From positions 146,568,001 through 146,632,000 of the forward strand of contig OX597818.1 in assembly GCA_951406725.2 (NCBI GenBank): a stretch of DNA of 64,000 nucleotides. Direction: 5' to 3'. Every line of letters starts with the position of its first letter. Position 1 is the stretch's first letter. Both the position numbers and the translations under genes were made by a program. The notes under the pieces were generated by a model. That model saw only the letters and a program-made list of their open reading frames with translations. It was not told the origin of the DNA and did no database searches. Positions 25,515 to 37,800 of the stretch are shown in pieces. The stretch is from Octopus vulgaris. Lineage: Eukaryota.

Positions 25515-25515
<1 letters not shown>
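24336..25515 (+). mobile_element. 3' part of an R4/Dong-like LINE (restriction-like endonuclease), interrupted by two family B SINE pieces
   Basis: HWIMCRNY...WYKHQPEAVTEGENVIILWD...DIVLKD...LIDM...NISVKEFDKL, then after the SINE KTVTIPVIVGVLGMIKKG...HVLRRAESL*. The 3' UTR ends in (TAG)n at 25516. Confidence 0.8.
24630..25030 (-). mobile_element. Family B SINE inserted in the R4/Dong-like LINE
   Basis: TTGTTTCAGTCATTTGACTGCGGCCATGCTGG...(CA)n(TA)n...AAGGTGCCACGCAGTGGGACTG. Confidence 0.85.
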
Positions 25516-25582
<67 letters not shown>

Positions 25583-25774
25583 ATATGAGTAGCGCTTATG
25601 TTGTTTTTTCAGAGATTCTTTGACTGGAGGAATGCAGTTATGCTTAGCTCGGCGAGCTGGCCCGAATGGTTGCGACAGAAATGGTTCTGCAAAATCCACT
25701 CAAGGACGAGGCGGTGGAATTATACTGGATAAAAGTTGGTGATTATCTTTCGACAAATCTGATTTTTGTTTTTT

Positions 25775-25930
25775 GCAAACGCAAATTTTCCAGCCCAACA
25801 ATATTTAACAGAAGCACCACTGATATGGGGAAAATACACACTTCAGAGAATAGCGCGCAAAACATCCATAAATAATGGTTAATTACATTTTCCAATTACT
25901 AACGAAGATGTGGAAACCATATAACTTAGG
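25775..25930 (+). repeat. Dispersed repeat, second copy at 36055-36215 (unclassified TE fragment)
   Basis: Shared AAATTTTCCAG...ATGGGGAAAAT...CTTCAGAGAAT...ATGGTTAATTACATTTTCCAATTACTAA. Confidence 0.75.
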
Positions 25931-26200
25931 AAGCCAAATGATGGTTACGTTGTTGGGGTCTCGGCAATGGAGAGTAATTGCAAAATTAATATAATAAATT
26001 TTTCTAGTAAATATTAATCTAAGCAATTGTGCTATCTTCTATATCAATGCTGTCATCAAATGTCAGTGTCTACTACACGAATAGCTAAAAATTCAGACAG
26101 ATTTTTTCCAAATTTGCATCAATACGGCGAACTATATACATATATACATACATACAATTATGTATGTATATACATATATACATATATATACATACATATA

Positions 26201-26493
26201 AAGGCGGCGAGCTGGCAGAATCATTAGCATGACGGGCGAAATGCTTAGCGGTATTTAGTCTGTCGTTATGTTCTGAGTTGAAATTCCGCAGAGGTCGACT
26301 TTGCCTTTCATCCTTTTGGGGTCGATTAAGTCGATTACATCGACCCCAGTGCATAACTGGTACTTAATTTATCGACCCCGAAAGGATGAAAGGCAAAGTC
26401 GACCTCAGCGGAATTTGAACTCAGAACGTAACGGCAGACGAAATACTGCTAAGCATTTCGCCCGGCGTGCTAACGGTTCTGCCAGCTCGCCGC
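26201..26493. mobile_element. Fold-back dimer of family A SINE
   Basis: Arm 26203-26326 is the reverse complement (few mismatches) of arm 26370-26493, with a ~43-nt spacer. Confidence 0.9.
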
Positions 26494-27355
26494 CAAATAT
26501 AGCACAATATATTGCTTAAGCCAATATATAGCACAAGCGTTTGATCATTTTATGTACATACACACACAAATATGGGGGTTTAGTTCACAGGTGATCTAAA
26601 CAATCAGGTACGCTAGGTAAGTGATGTAGCGGATTACTAAGGCTCCATGGTTGCAGTCGAGACGGTAGTCATGGAGCCATTGCAGATTTCCGATATAGCG
26701 GAAGGTTGAAATCTCAGAATTATTGTGTTTGGCGGCGGCTAAGGCGAGGAAAACCTTATAACTTTTCATCGTCACCGTCAAATTCCAACCTAACGTGACT
26801 GGGCTGAAAAAGACAGGATATTTAATTAAAGTTCGGGTGACACCCACAGATGCACACTACACACACACACATGCACACACACACGCACACACACGCACAT
26901 TCTTCACGGCCTGTTTTCTTTTACTGGTTTTGCGCCTCAGGACTGCGGTCTTGCTCGGGCACCACCTACTCGTGTTTTCTTTGGTTTCTTCCTTTTCGGC
27001 TTTGTTCACGCAACTTGCTTATTAACTGCGTTTGTAGTAGCTAGCTGATCTTCTTTGAGTATCCTTCTATATTTATTGCTCTGGTATTGTAATCAGGGGT
27101 CTATCCTACTGTAATTTGAGTGTTTTTGTAAGGGTACTTTTATGTTTTAAATTTGTTTAGGTAGAAGTTTCAACACTCGAAGGGCTCTCAATATCAAATT
27201 TTTACGTTAAAGTGTCTTTATTTTCGATCGAGAAGGTAATGTATATGGAAGCTAGCAGCAGCTACAAATTCGTACTCACACACACACATACATACACAAA
27301 CATATATATATAAATATATATATATATATAATATATAATATATATATTATATATA

Positions 27356-27416
<61 letters not shown>

Positions 27417-27817
27417 TAATATACAGACATATATTATAGGTATATATTTACATATGCGTAAATACGTACATATATATGTATGTATATATGTATGCATGTA
27501 TATGTGTGTGTGTGTATATGTGCATATATGTGTGTGTGTGTGCGCGCGCACGTATGTGTGTGATATTATATTCATACATCTATTTGTGTGTTCAGGAAGA
27601 CGAATCCCCTTGAAGCCGAAATATTTCTTAAGCTGAAGAACTTCAAAGAAATGATTATATAGATATATATTCAAATGTTTACCGTTTGGACTGCTTGCTG
27701 ACGATCCTTTCCAAAGATGAAACAGAAGGTTGGTGAAGGATATGATTACACGCACACACACACACACGCACACATACACAATGCATGCAACATACACAAA
27801 CACGCATACATATTTGC

Positions 27818-27857
<40 letters not shown>

Positions 27858-28259
27858 CTGATTGTGTGCGTGTGGATGTAGGTACGTATGTGTGTGTGCA
27901 CGTTTGTGTGCGGGGGGTGGGGTGCGTCTGTGTTTCTATTTCTTCCAGATCAATTATATATTCAAGAAAGACATTTAAGCATCCTGCTTGCCATCCTTTT
28001 AATTTCCTTGGTTAAGAATTTGCCATTAATGCTGAAAGTTTAGGAAATGAGCTTTTTTCAAAATTTACAATAAAGAACAAAATATATTGCAATGTTCTCT
28101 TTCGTACCTTTATATTTTCAGTTGAAATCCTTTTTGAGAATAAAATTTTAATCCGATTTTACCGTTTTGAAAACAAGTAGAAAGCGTCCTTCAACGTATG
28201 CTCTGTAGATTTTTAAGTCTTTTACTGTGTCACCTAACATGGATTTCAAATCCTAATCT

Positions 28260-28465
28260 AATATTCTTTTCAATATTAGGCAAAATGCCTGAAATTTTGT
28301 GGGGAAGTGGCTAATCGATTGTATCCACCTCAGCACGCAACTCACACTTACTTCATCGATCCTGAAAGGATAAAAGGCAAAGTAGATTTCGGTGACATTT
28401 GAACTCAAACCAAATGCCTCTAAGCATTTTTCCGACGTGCTAACGTACTGCCAGTTCACTGCCTT
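28260..28465 (-). mobile_element. Family A SINE (diverged)
   Basis: GAAGGATAAAAGGCAAAGTAGATTTCGG...TTTGAACTC...GTGCTAACG. Confidence 0.65.
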
Positions 28466-28754
28466 AGATTCTAATCAAATGATGAATGTTACAGATGCCA
28501 CTTCATCTATTTACAAATATCAGTGACAAATGTGTCAAGAAGGTGTTGCTGTTTTTTAAGGAATATCATTCGAAGGCCCAGCTTGGTACGGTAACAGACT
28601 CTTTGAAAAGCAAATAAGTTTCCTAGAGTTCGCTACTTATAAAACTGTAAAAAAATGGATTTTAATTTGTAACAGAAGTTTTAAAGAACTGCATGGATTA
28701 TGCAAGCGACATTGTCTGCTGAAAACAGAAGTTAAAAAGAATATGTATATATAA

Positions 28755-28827
<73 letters not shown>

Positions 28828-28936
28828 ACATTATATAAAAGGGCTTAGTAAAATAAATTACTTTGCCGCATACTGAACTCATTAGAAATAGCAGCTAAAA
28901 AAATTTTTTAGAACTATCTCCAATACTTAAAGAAAA

Positions 28937-28974
<38 letters not shown>

Positions 28975-29001
28975 AAATCAAAAACAGAACACAAAGGATG
29001 T

Positions 29002-29094
29002 CGCGGTACACGTGTTTCAAGCTTAATAAACGACCTGTTCTTACATCAGTGTATAATAGATATAAAAGATGGTTTAAAGTTCTCTTCAGCCGCA
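29002..29094 (-). ncRNA. Type I hammerhead ribozyme with a very long stem II/loop II
   Basis: Minus strand reads TGCGG-CTGAAGA-GAACTTTAA-(45 nt)-TTAAGCTT-GAAA-CACGTG-TA-CCGCG. Stem III ACACGTGT is palindromic and the triplet is GUA. Confidence 0.75.
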
Positions 29095-29244
29095 TGCATT
29101 GTTATTCCAAAGGATTACATCACACTATAAAAATATGAGAAGTACATGTAGTATTACCAAAAACAATAGGTATATCATATCTCCCTGAGAAAGTGTATTT
29201 GTAAAATTTCGTAACTAAATCAAGTATTCACCCTAAATTTGCAG

Positions 29245-29328
<84 letters not shown>

Positions 29329-29582
29329 GGGGGGGTGTACACATAATTAGGATAAAGTCACTATTTAATGATTTATCAGTTGCCAGCGTACCAATAAGAC
29401 CATTTTGGTTAATTCATATTTAAGTATAATTATAAAAACATAATTATAATAAAGGGCGCTGAAGTGACAACGCCTGTACGCTAGAAATAGACGCCAAATG
29501 GACTACACACCACTTCAGTTATTACTCTGCATACTACAAACATCTCAAATCACATACATTATTATTATTGCAAAAATTCAAA

Positions 29583-29638
29583 GTCTTACAGCAGTTTCTA
29601 GTATATCTCAGAGTATGGGATATTCCGTCATCAGAGGC
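29583..29638 (-). ncRNA. Degenerate type I hammerhead ribozyme
   Basis: Minus strand reads GCCT-CTGATGA-CGGAATATC...GATATACTA-GAAA-CTGCTG-TA-AGAC. The core is intact, each stem has 1-2 mismatches, and stem III is one change from the palindrome ACTGCAGT. Confidence 0.55.
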
Positions 29639-29972
29639 AAATAGGGAAAATGAGAAGAGTATAGATGAATGAAATGACGACAAAGAGCACAGGAGTAAAG
29701 GAATAAGAAGAGAGAGCAGAAAAAACAGTTCAACTTGCCGATGTTGTAGAAATAAGTGCGTAAGTCCTTAGGCGCAATCCTGCATAGATCCATGTGGGTT
29801 AAAGTCTTAATAATATTGTAAACATCCAGAAAAAAGACGCGAACATATCAACGTTCAATAACAGAATGGTAGCGGAGGTCAGTATCAAGACTTTAACTCA
29901 AATGGATCTACGCTGTCCGCAGGTCTTTCACGTTTAATAGAAAAGTGCTCTTATCATCTGACGCAAATTCTT

Positions 29973-30340
29973 TTATTACCTCCGCCTTAGCAAAGGCGGA
30001 AGTATTGTTTTCAGTCATGTTTGTTTGTTTGTCCTTGGACAAAATATCTCAAGATCCGCTCGATAGATTCGGATGAAACTTTCAGGGATGTTTGAACTTC
30101 TGACTGGTACGAACTAATTAGATTTTGGGATCGATCTGGTACCGGACAAGGATTCTGGATTATTTTACAGGTTTTCTTATAGGTTTTCTTACTCAATTTT
30201 TGAGAGCGGTCGGGTTTAATTTTAGTATCCTCGTTTGTGAGATCAGTCGAGTTTATTTCAGATAATATTTTAAAAATCATCTAAGGTTAATCGTTGAGAG
30301 GACGTTAGTGTTGCCTTGGCGGAGGTTTGCGCTCTTTTAA
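29973..30340 (+). mobile_element. Non-autonomous Helentron-type (HINE/DINE-like) element
   Basis: 5' TTATT-ACCTCCGCC with a nearby inverted copy (GGCGGA), (GTTT)n, an internal GATC/TCCGG-type repeat zone and 3' subTIR GGCGGAGGT followed by GCGCTCT. Confidence 0.65.
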
Positions 30341-30349
30341 TATTCTTGT

Positions 30350-30740
30350 TCTTTTTATGATTTATTGTTGCAGCTATTTGACTGTGGCCATGCTGGTGCA
30401 TTGCCTTAAAGGGTTTTAGTCGAAGAAATCGACCCCAGACCTTATTTTTTTCTAAGCCTAGTACTTATTCTATCGGTCACTTTTGCCGAACCACTTGGTT
30501 ACGAGGACATAAACACACCAGCACTGGTTGTCAAGCGATGGCGGTGCAGCAAACACACACTCACGTATAAATATATACATATATATATGACGGCCTTCTT
30601 TCAGTTTCCGTGTACCGAATCCACTCACAAGGCTTTGGTCGGCCCGAGGCTACAGAAAAGAGACACGTGCCCAAGGTATCACGCAGTGGGACTGAACTGA
30701 GAATCATGTGATTGATAAGCAAGATTCTTAATACACAGCC
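30350..30740 (-). mobile_element. Family B SINE
   Basis: Full body from TTTGACTGTGGCCATGCTGG to ACACAGCC. Confidence 0.85.
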
Positions 30741-30759
30741 TCGTCTGTGTTTCCTGGCC

Positions 30760-31590
30760 AAAAAATGCATTCTTGGTGGTGAGACAGGGTCATAAAATTC
30801 GTGTTTGTCTAGCGAACCAGGTTATCATCAATGAAAATCCTAGCAATTCAATGTGGGCGATTAGCAATATTCTCCATGCGACTGAGTCAATGACTAGACC
30901 TGTGATGCAAAAAGACGGGTACAAATTCTATGTAATTAAAAGCGGGCAGTTCCTGTCCGATAAGATCCGGGAGAAACGTGTATTCCGGTCGAAAAGACCT
31001 GCTGAACAAATCTAAACACCACATGGAAACTGACATGCACTGATTGTCTTCCGATGAGAAGAACTTTGTCGAACATTAAAACGTGAATCAGTGGAATGAC
31101 ATATGGGTCTGTGCCAGCCTCATTGAAGTCCCCATTCTTGTGAACACTAAGTTCACATAGTCTCAGTTGTCTTGAGGATCTTCAGTAATGAGGACCGTGT
31201 CTTCCCGCAATGTGGCAGCCTGTATCGAGACACCGATGGCGGTTGTCAAGCCTTGGATGGAGATATTGGCTCAGAAGCAACCGCACGTGCCCTCTTCACC
31301 CTCTCTCACAGACTGCACGAACGAAGAGTGAACGGCCGAAAATTTTCATGTTTCTTCCAACATTTTGCCTCCTGGCTCTGCTGATTAAATTCTTCGCACT
31401 ACTGCGCTTGCGGTTTCACTGAGAGTGAGACCACAAACCCTACCCAGAATACGAAATACTCGTTGAGGTCTGCTATTGGAGACGTTATGGCCAACATGAA
31501 TAAAAATCACCTGATCAACGCATTTAGTCGACTTAGAAACTGTCACGAGGCAACAGTTTAAACTGGTGGTGGATTTATTGGATAGTCTCT
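30760..31590 (+). mobile_element. Decayed Tc1/mariner-superfamily transposase, maT/DD37D-like
   Basis: Fragments SDEKNF...NQWND.W, and C-terminal NTKYSLRSAIGDVMANMNKNHLINAFSRLR...GGGFI. Confidence 0.6.
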
Positions 31591-31620
31591 TGTTTTATGC
31601 ATGTAAAAACATGCGTACAA

Positions 31621-31662
<42 letters not shown>

Positions 31663-31755
31663 TCAAACACAATCGCATTTTGTATGTTCTCTTGAACCAA
31701 ATACGACGGTTCGGGATGCCGCCTATGTTTGCGCAAGGATACATAGACTCAGTGG

Positions 31756-31826
<71 letters not shown>

Positions 31827-32051
31827 AAATATGTGAAATCATCTCTTATATATAGAATCACACAGCACAACACAACCTGAGATCAACTTGACCATCGCCA
31901 CCGATATATGCGAGGGAGTTCTTCAGAAAAGTTAACTTCACCACCGAAGTTAACAAAGAACTTACTCGAGCTACAAAGCAAAATGTAAAAAATTATTACA
32001 AAAAATTAAACTGATTAGAACTACCAATCAAGTCATTCTTTTCCATTTTCA

Positions 32052-32082
<31 letters not shown>

Positions 32083-32084
32083 TG

Positions 32085-32385
32085 GCACTTCTTCCATTTG
32101 CACGGATCAACGGAACAGCTGCTCATGACATTAACGCGCAAGTTGGCTGAATCCTCCGCAGAACACATACTCTTAACTAAATTCTCGGGGAGATATAGCG
32201 TAAAACAGAATGCGACAGAGCTGGCCCTTTGAAATACAAGTACTATTCATTTTTGCTAGTTGAGTGGACTGGAGCAACGTGAAACAAAGTGCTTTGTTCA
32301 AAAACACTAAGCGCCGCCGTGTGTCGAACTCTTGACTTTATGATCGTGGGTCGAATACTGTAACCACTAAGCCACGCGCCTTAAC
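32085..32385 (-). mobile_element. tRNA-derived SINE, family C
   Basis: Minus-strand head GGCGCGTGGCTTAGTGGTTA...GAGTTCGACAC, then TTTCACGTTGCTCCAGTCCACTCA. Confidence 0.8.
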
Positions 32386-32513
32386 ATATATATCATTGTA
32401 AATAAATAATTTGATATTGAGAGGACTTCAAGTGTCCATCCGTCTACGTAAACAAGTCAGAAGTATAAAAGTGTTTTTACAATAACATGCAAATTTCAGT
32501 TGGATACTCTCCT

Positions 32514-32571
<58 letters not shown>

Positions 32572-34027
32572 TACCAGAGCAACAAATATAGATGGTTACT
32601 CAAAGATCAGCTGCAACAAACTCAGATAATAAGCAACCTGTGGTTTTAAAAATTCAGGATATAACAGCATCCAATTTTCTTTGCATTAATACATGAACAC
32701 CCCCACCCCCCACACACACACACATACATATTTATTCAAAGACTGGAATATTTGACATACGCTAAATGTGTTTCATTACAATATGGAAAATGCATGTCAT
32801 AAAAAAAAAAAATTAACTAAATTAACATATTCATATATATACACGTGTGTGTGTGTGTGTTTATATATATGAGTTTATATATATATATGTGTGTGTGGTG
32901 GCGGGTTTTTAACAGAAAGAGGGAGAGAGAGAGAGAGAGAAAAGAAAATATCGAATCCATCAATAGTATTCATCGAGCAGTAAGTTACCTATCTGATGGA
33001 GTCGTCGATTTTTCTCTATCCCAACTGTTGACTTTATTGTTGTTGTTGTTTAGTCCTTTATGTGTTTAAAAGCATTTTAACTATCTCTAATCCTCTATCT
33101 TTTTACAGACCCACGATATCTAATATCTGCTAAGCATTTATAATTTTTAGGACTATTCACCTCACATTAGAGTTGAAAACTGTTTTGATATTTATATCTG
33201 ATCAACAAAACAATCAATTTGGTTAAAGACTGATCAATACTTATATCTAAAAATGGGATTAATAAATAGACTACCAATCGTATGAACAATAAATGATGTC
33301 ATTCGTTTAGACGTTTAATACCCTACATGGTTTGAAATGGTAGTGTTACGTTTATAAAGAGATTTGGTCAGCTATTTCTATCAGGCCGAACGACTACACA
33401 GAGGCGTCCACATTGGCGCGCTCAAAGCATCATTGCCATTCCTGGTACGCCGTGGCTTTGCAGCATACGAAACATTGCATGATAATCCGATTATTTCTTA
33501 GACCAAATCTCCTGTTGTGTATATTTGAACCGGTCGTCATTATTGGTGGATAACATAAGAAAGACATTTCTCTATAAACCATTTCTTAATACTATTTAAG
33601 ACTCTATCTTTATGAATGATGTGAATTTAATCGAATCTAGCTTAGTTTATGCAATGGCGTCCAACAAAACCAACTCCAAGATTAAGCTTTTAATGTCGGT
33701 GGCGGCATTCACCACGCAAAACTTTAATTTCTACATTAGAAAATCTTCATTACCTGTTCAAGACACAAAAGTAGAAGGAATGATGTGAGGAGATATTCTC
33801 CAGTTGGTTCCCCAACCTACTAGAAATAGAACCGTAATCTCCCTCACATCACACTCTACTGTATTTAATAAGAAGAAAAGGAGCAAGAGATGGTGTAGTC
33901 GTTGGAGATGTTATATCTGCATAAAAGACACTATAGCTATGGCTTGAATGCGTTATAGATTTGCTCTTTCTGGTTGACCTGGGGCTAAACGACGAAGAAC
34001 GAATAATCTACTGTCTTACATATACTA

Positions 34028-34878
34028 CGTGGAGGTATCAAAAAGTTCCCGGGCGAGTCCTGTAGCGAGCCAACAGATGGCAGTTCACGGTTGCGTGCGC
34101 AGTGAGAGCTAGTAGTGACCTTTATGAGGCAGTGTGTCGCGTGACATCGCTGTGTTTACTTCGCAAGTTGTGGAATTTGTGTTTCTGTCATCACGTGTAT
34201 ACTGTAGTCTACGATTTTGTCATTGACAGGAACAACGTGAAATTTTGCGTTAAACTTGGAAAGTCTGCTACAGAGACATTGAGCATGAGACGGCAAGCTT
34301 TCAGCGACGGGGTAATGGGTCGTAGACAATATTTCAGTGGAACTGGCGCTTCAAAAGCAGAAGAATGTCCCTGGAAGACGATGAACGATCTGGAATACCT
34401 GCCACGAGCGTCATCCCCGTAAATGTGGTATTGTGCATCGAGAATTTGTCTCCCAAAGCCAGACAATCGAGAATTCTACTACGACGCTTTGAATCGTTTG
34501 GGGGATGATATTTGGCGAAAGCGACCGGATCTGTGGAGCGTAAAGAATTGGATTCTTCTCTGAACCCTCCTCACTCGTGAGCTTCTTGCCAAAAACAACA
34601 TCGTATCGCTTGTGAACCCACCCTATTCGCCAGATTTAGCACCAGCGAACTTCCATCTCTTCTCCACAAGATGAAAATGCTACTCCAGAGCGAATCGCAG
34701 AAGGTCATCGACTCGCTGGCGGAAAACGACTTCCAAGCCGGATTCTGAAAGTGGCAGGAACTATAGAACCGGTGTACTGCTGTGGAAGGTGACTATTTCG
34801 AAGGAGATGATGTTAAAACTTAGATAAGTTATTTTTTATTAAACATTACTAGTCGTGGAACCTTTTGATACGACCTCG
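34028..34878 (+). mobile_element. Internally deleted mariner element
   Basis: Imperfect TIRs CGTGGAGGTATCAAAAAGTTCC / GGAACCTTTTGATACGACCTCG. Remnants NVKFCVKLGKSATET, SLEDDERSG, RKRPDLW, PPYSPDLAPANFHLF. Confidence 0.85.
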
Positions 34879-37800
34879 TGTAAAAGCAGATGTCTTTGAT
34901 AAGGGATGACCTTGGAATGCAGCAAGGATGTCAATTTTGCATGTTCTCTGAAAGATTAATAACAATTTTAATGTAATAGGTTTATACAAAATTCTTTGAA
35001 TCCGCTTAAGCTGGGTCAATCTTAGTTTTGTGAACTGATTTTCATTGTCTTGGACAACAATTTACTCTGGTCTCGATTTACTATCAAACTAGAATATCTT
35101 TGATCATAAAGAAGGAAGGAACCGTTAGATAATATAGGTGTCTTTCAAACGATGTCGACCTGGAGCTACATAACAGTAACAATAAATTCAGAACTTCATA
35201 TTTCTCTTCTCTAACACTTCTTTTTTAATCATTCATTTTTACTTATATTATCTATGCAATGTTATTTACTTTTACGTATTATCACCGCTCCTTTTAGAAG
35301 AAATAGTGAAGCGGCGCTAAGGAATATATGCCGGACAAATTACTGGTTGTACGAAGTTACTCTCTATCAAGAGATCTGGTTCACATGCTTGCAACAAAGT
35401 TGACACTCAAGGAATTATCAGTGGTGCTCTTCCCACTCACCATCTCTCCAATTTATTCATCCTCAGAACGTCAGCCCTCTGACATTCACTCCCTTCCCGT
35501 GCATTTACCGCAGCCTTCAGCTATTCAAGAACATTAACTACATCAATGTCACCAAGCATAAAGGACTTAAACACTCTATGGTTATAAATATAAAGTATAA
35601 TCTAGCATTCCCTCAGGCAAAATGTATGATCATATACGTATGCGAGACAGCAATATTTTCCGCTCCTTCTTTTCCTAATTATTTTGCTTCATACTTCTAT
35701 TTGTCGCCATCCCTTCATTCTGTCTATTTCGTGTGTATATATTGATATATCTAATGTTCATTATATATTGTAATTACCAAGAAGATTTGTGAGTAATGTG
35801 ATGTATTATCATTGTGATTATTATTTTGTTTGCTGTAGTTGTGCATTTGTTATTGCTTAACCACTTCCTGACATTCGCTTCCAGTTAGTTGCTTGCATTG
35901 CAGCTACAATCACATGTTTGGCATATGTCAATTTGGACATAACATTAGTTTGCTTCAGCAGATATTTGATACTGTTGCACGTGCTGTTGCCACTACTGTG
36001 CAGTCTTGTCTTCCTTATATTTGTTATCTGCTGATAAATAGTGCTGTCTTCAGTCTTTTACAAACACATAAATTTTCCAGATCAGCAATAATTAACAGTA
36101 ACAACTTAGACATGGGGAAAATGCAATCTTCAGAGAATGGCACGCAAAACATCAATAGATTATGGTTAATTACATTTTCCAATTACTAAAGAAGATATGA
36201 AAGCTATACAGCTAAGGTTTTTTTGGGAAAATATAAAATAAACTTCATAAACCTCACATGCATTGTGTATTCAACCAATAACTCTATATATACATGTGTA
36301 TGTGTGTCATCGCGTATGTGACGATACGTCAAATTATAGTGCGCATACGTGTGTTCATGTAATCATATATGTGTTTGATAATTGACAGTAGGTGAGATAA
36401 ATTGCCATATAGAATTATTTTTCGAATTGCAAAAATAAGTTTATCTTTAATCGATGAATGTAAAAGCAAAACGATACGTGACCCATATAAGGTAAGCAAG
36501 GCATATAAGGGTAATAAATGTAATAACGACTACTGCGAGAGTGAACGAGTGCAGGAGTCGTGTAAAGTGTTTAAAGTACCAATTAAAGTATTGCAAATGT
36601 CTAAATACTTTATTGGCAACAATGATGCTGCCAGAATGTCTAAGGAAGAAAATTTGGTAATTTACTCGAAATCTATTTGACTTATTGGAAGATAACTATC
36701 TCAGAATACTAAATAAAATTATGAAGTTTCTCTAAAGAAAGCGGTAAATGTTGCTCGTTGCTGTTCTATTTTAATATTGATTTGTCACATTCCTATCAAC
36801 GTAACCAGCGTATCAATAAAGCGACGTTAATTTTGATTTGCTTTTAATGAACAAAACGAAGGTCCTATCTCATTCACAGATGCAGTGTTGCATCTCTGAT
36901 TATGACATTTAACGGTAAAAGGAATCGTGCTCCTGGCTGTAACTTGGCACCATAGAGTGCTAAAGCTCGTTGACGTGCAGCGTGGAAGTACAATAACGAG
37001 CAGTATTTTGTAACTGTGCAGTAAATTCCTTCTGTGAGTGTGACTTAGAGAAATTTTCTTAGACAAACTGCGTCAATATTTAACGATAAAGATTTCATGA
37101 GGCGCAACAATGGCAACTTGGATCATTTAATGCAATTAAATCAGTAATATTTATATCTATTCAAAGAAAGAGCGAAAGAGCTCAAGCATTTTATTAATTC
37201 TCCTGTAACGGTGAGTTTTATGCGATTAATGGCAAGCTTAAGATATTTTATGCTAATGCTAGTAAGGAAAGCATGGAGCCCCTCAAGTCAATAGGGAGGA
37301 GTTTCAATGTGGCCGATTGACCTACTAAAAATGAGAAACCAAGACTTTGAGGCAGGAGTTTGAAAGTATAAAAAAATCACAGGTAGAATACCTTTGATAG
37401 TATCTCTCTTCGACTAGGATTCACGTGACATTATAAACAACAACCACATGAGCAGGAAGGAAAAGAGGATTTTGAAAGCTTTTTAATGCAGAGTCGGGGA
37501 GTAAGACACGACAGAAATGAATAGGTAAAACTGCATCGTGAAGATTTCAGTAAAGGTAAAGCTCCAGTTTATTAAATACGATGATTAACAGCTGTTGTAA
37601 AATCAACAGAAGAGTTTAGTGGCTTCAACAAGTTGTTCAGCCAATTTCTGACAGACGACCAGTAAGTCTTGCTTTATGATGTCTATAATATTTGAATTTC
37701 TAGCAACAGTGTCGTACCAAATAAACGCACAATAATACATTTTAGGTAGCTTCTGAGTTCTATAGTTAGAGGTAATATACAGAATGTGTGTGAGTGTATA

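Noticed and set aside
27693-27735. CTGACGA...GAAAC hammerhead-like string
   Set aside because: No convincing stem II register, stem III or stem I.
31931-31954. Perfect 9-bp hairpin GTTAACTTC-ACCACC-GAAGTTAAC next to a minus-strand CTGAAGA
   Set aside because: No GAAA or stem III follows. An isolated short hairpin is not interpretable.
32330-32382. tRNA-like sequences (also ~990-1040, 54900-54970, 56335-56395)
   Set aside because: They are SINE heads with A/B boxes but lack a complete cloverleaf or acceptor stem, so they are not tRNA genes.
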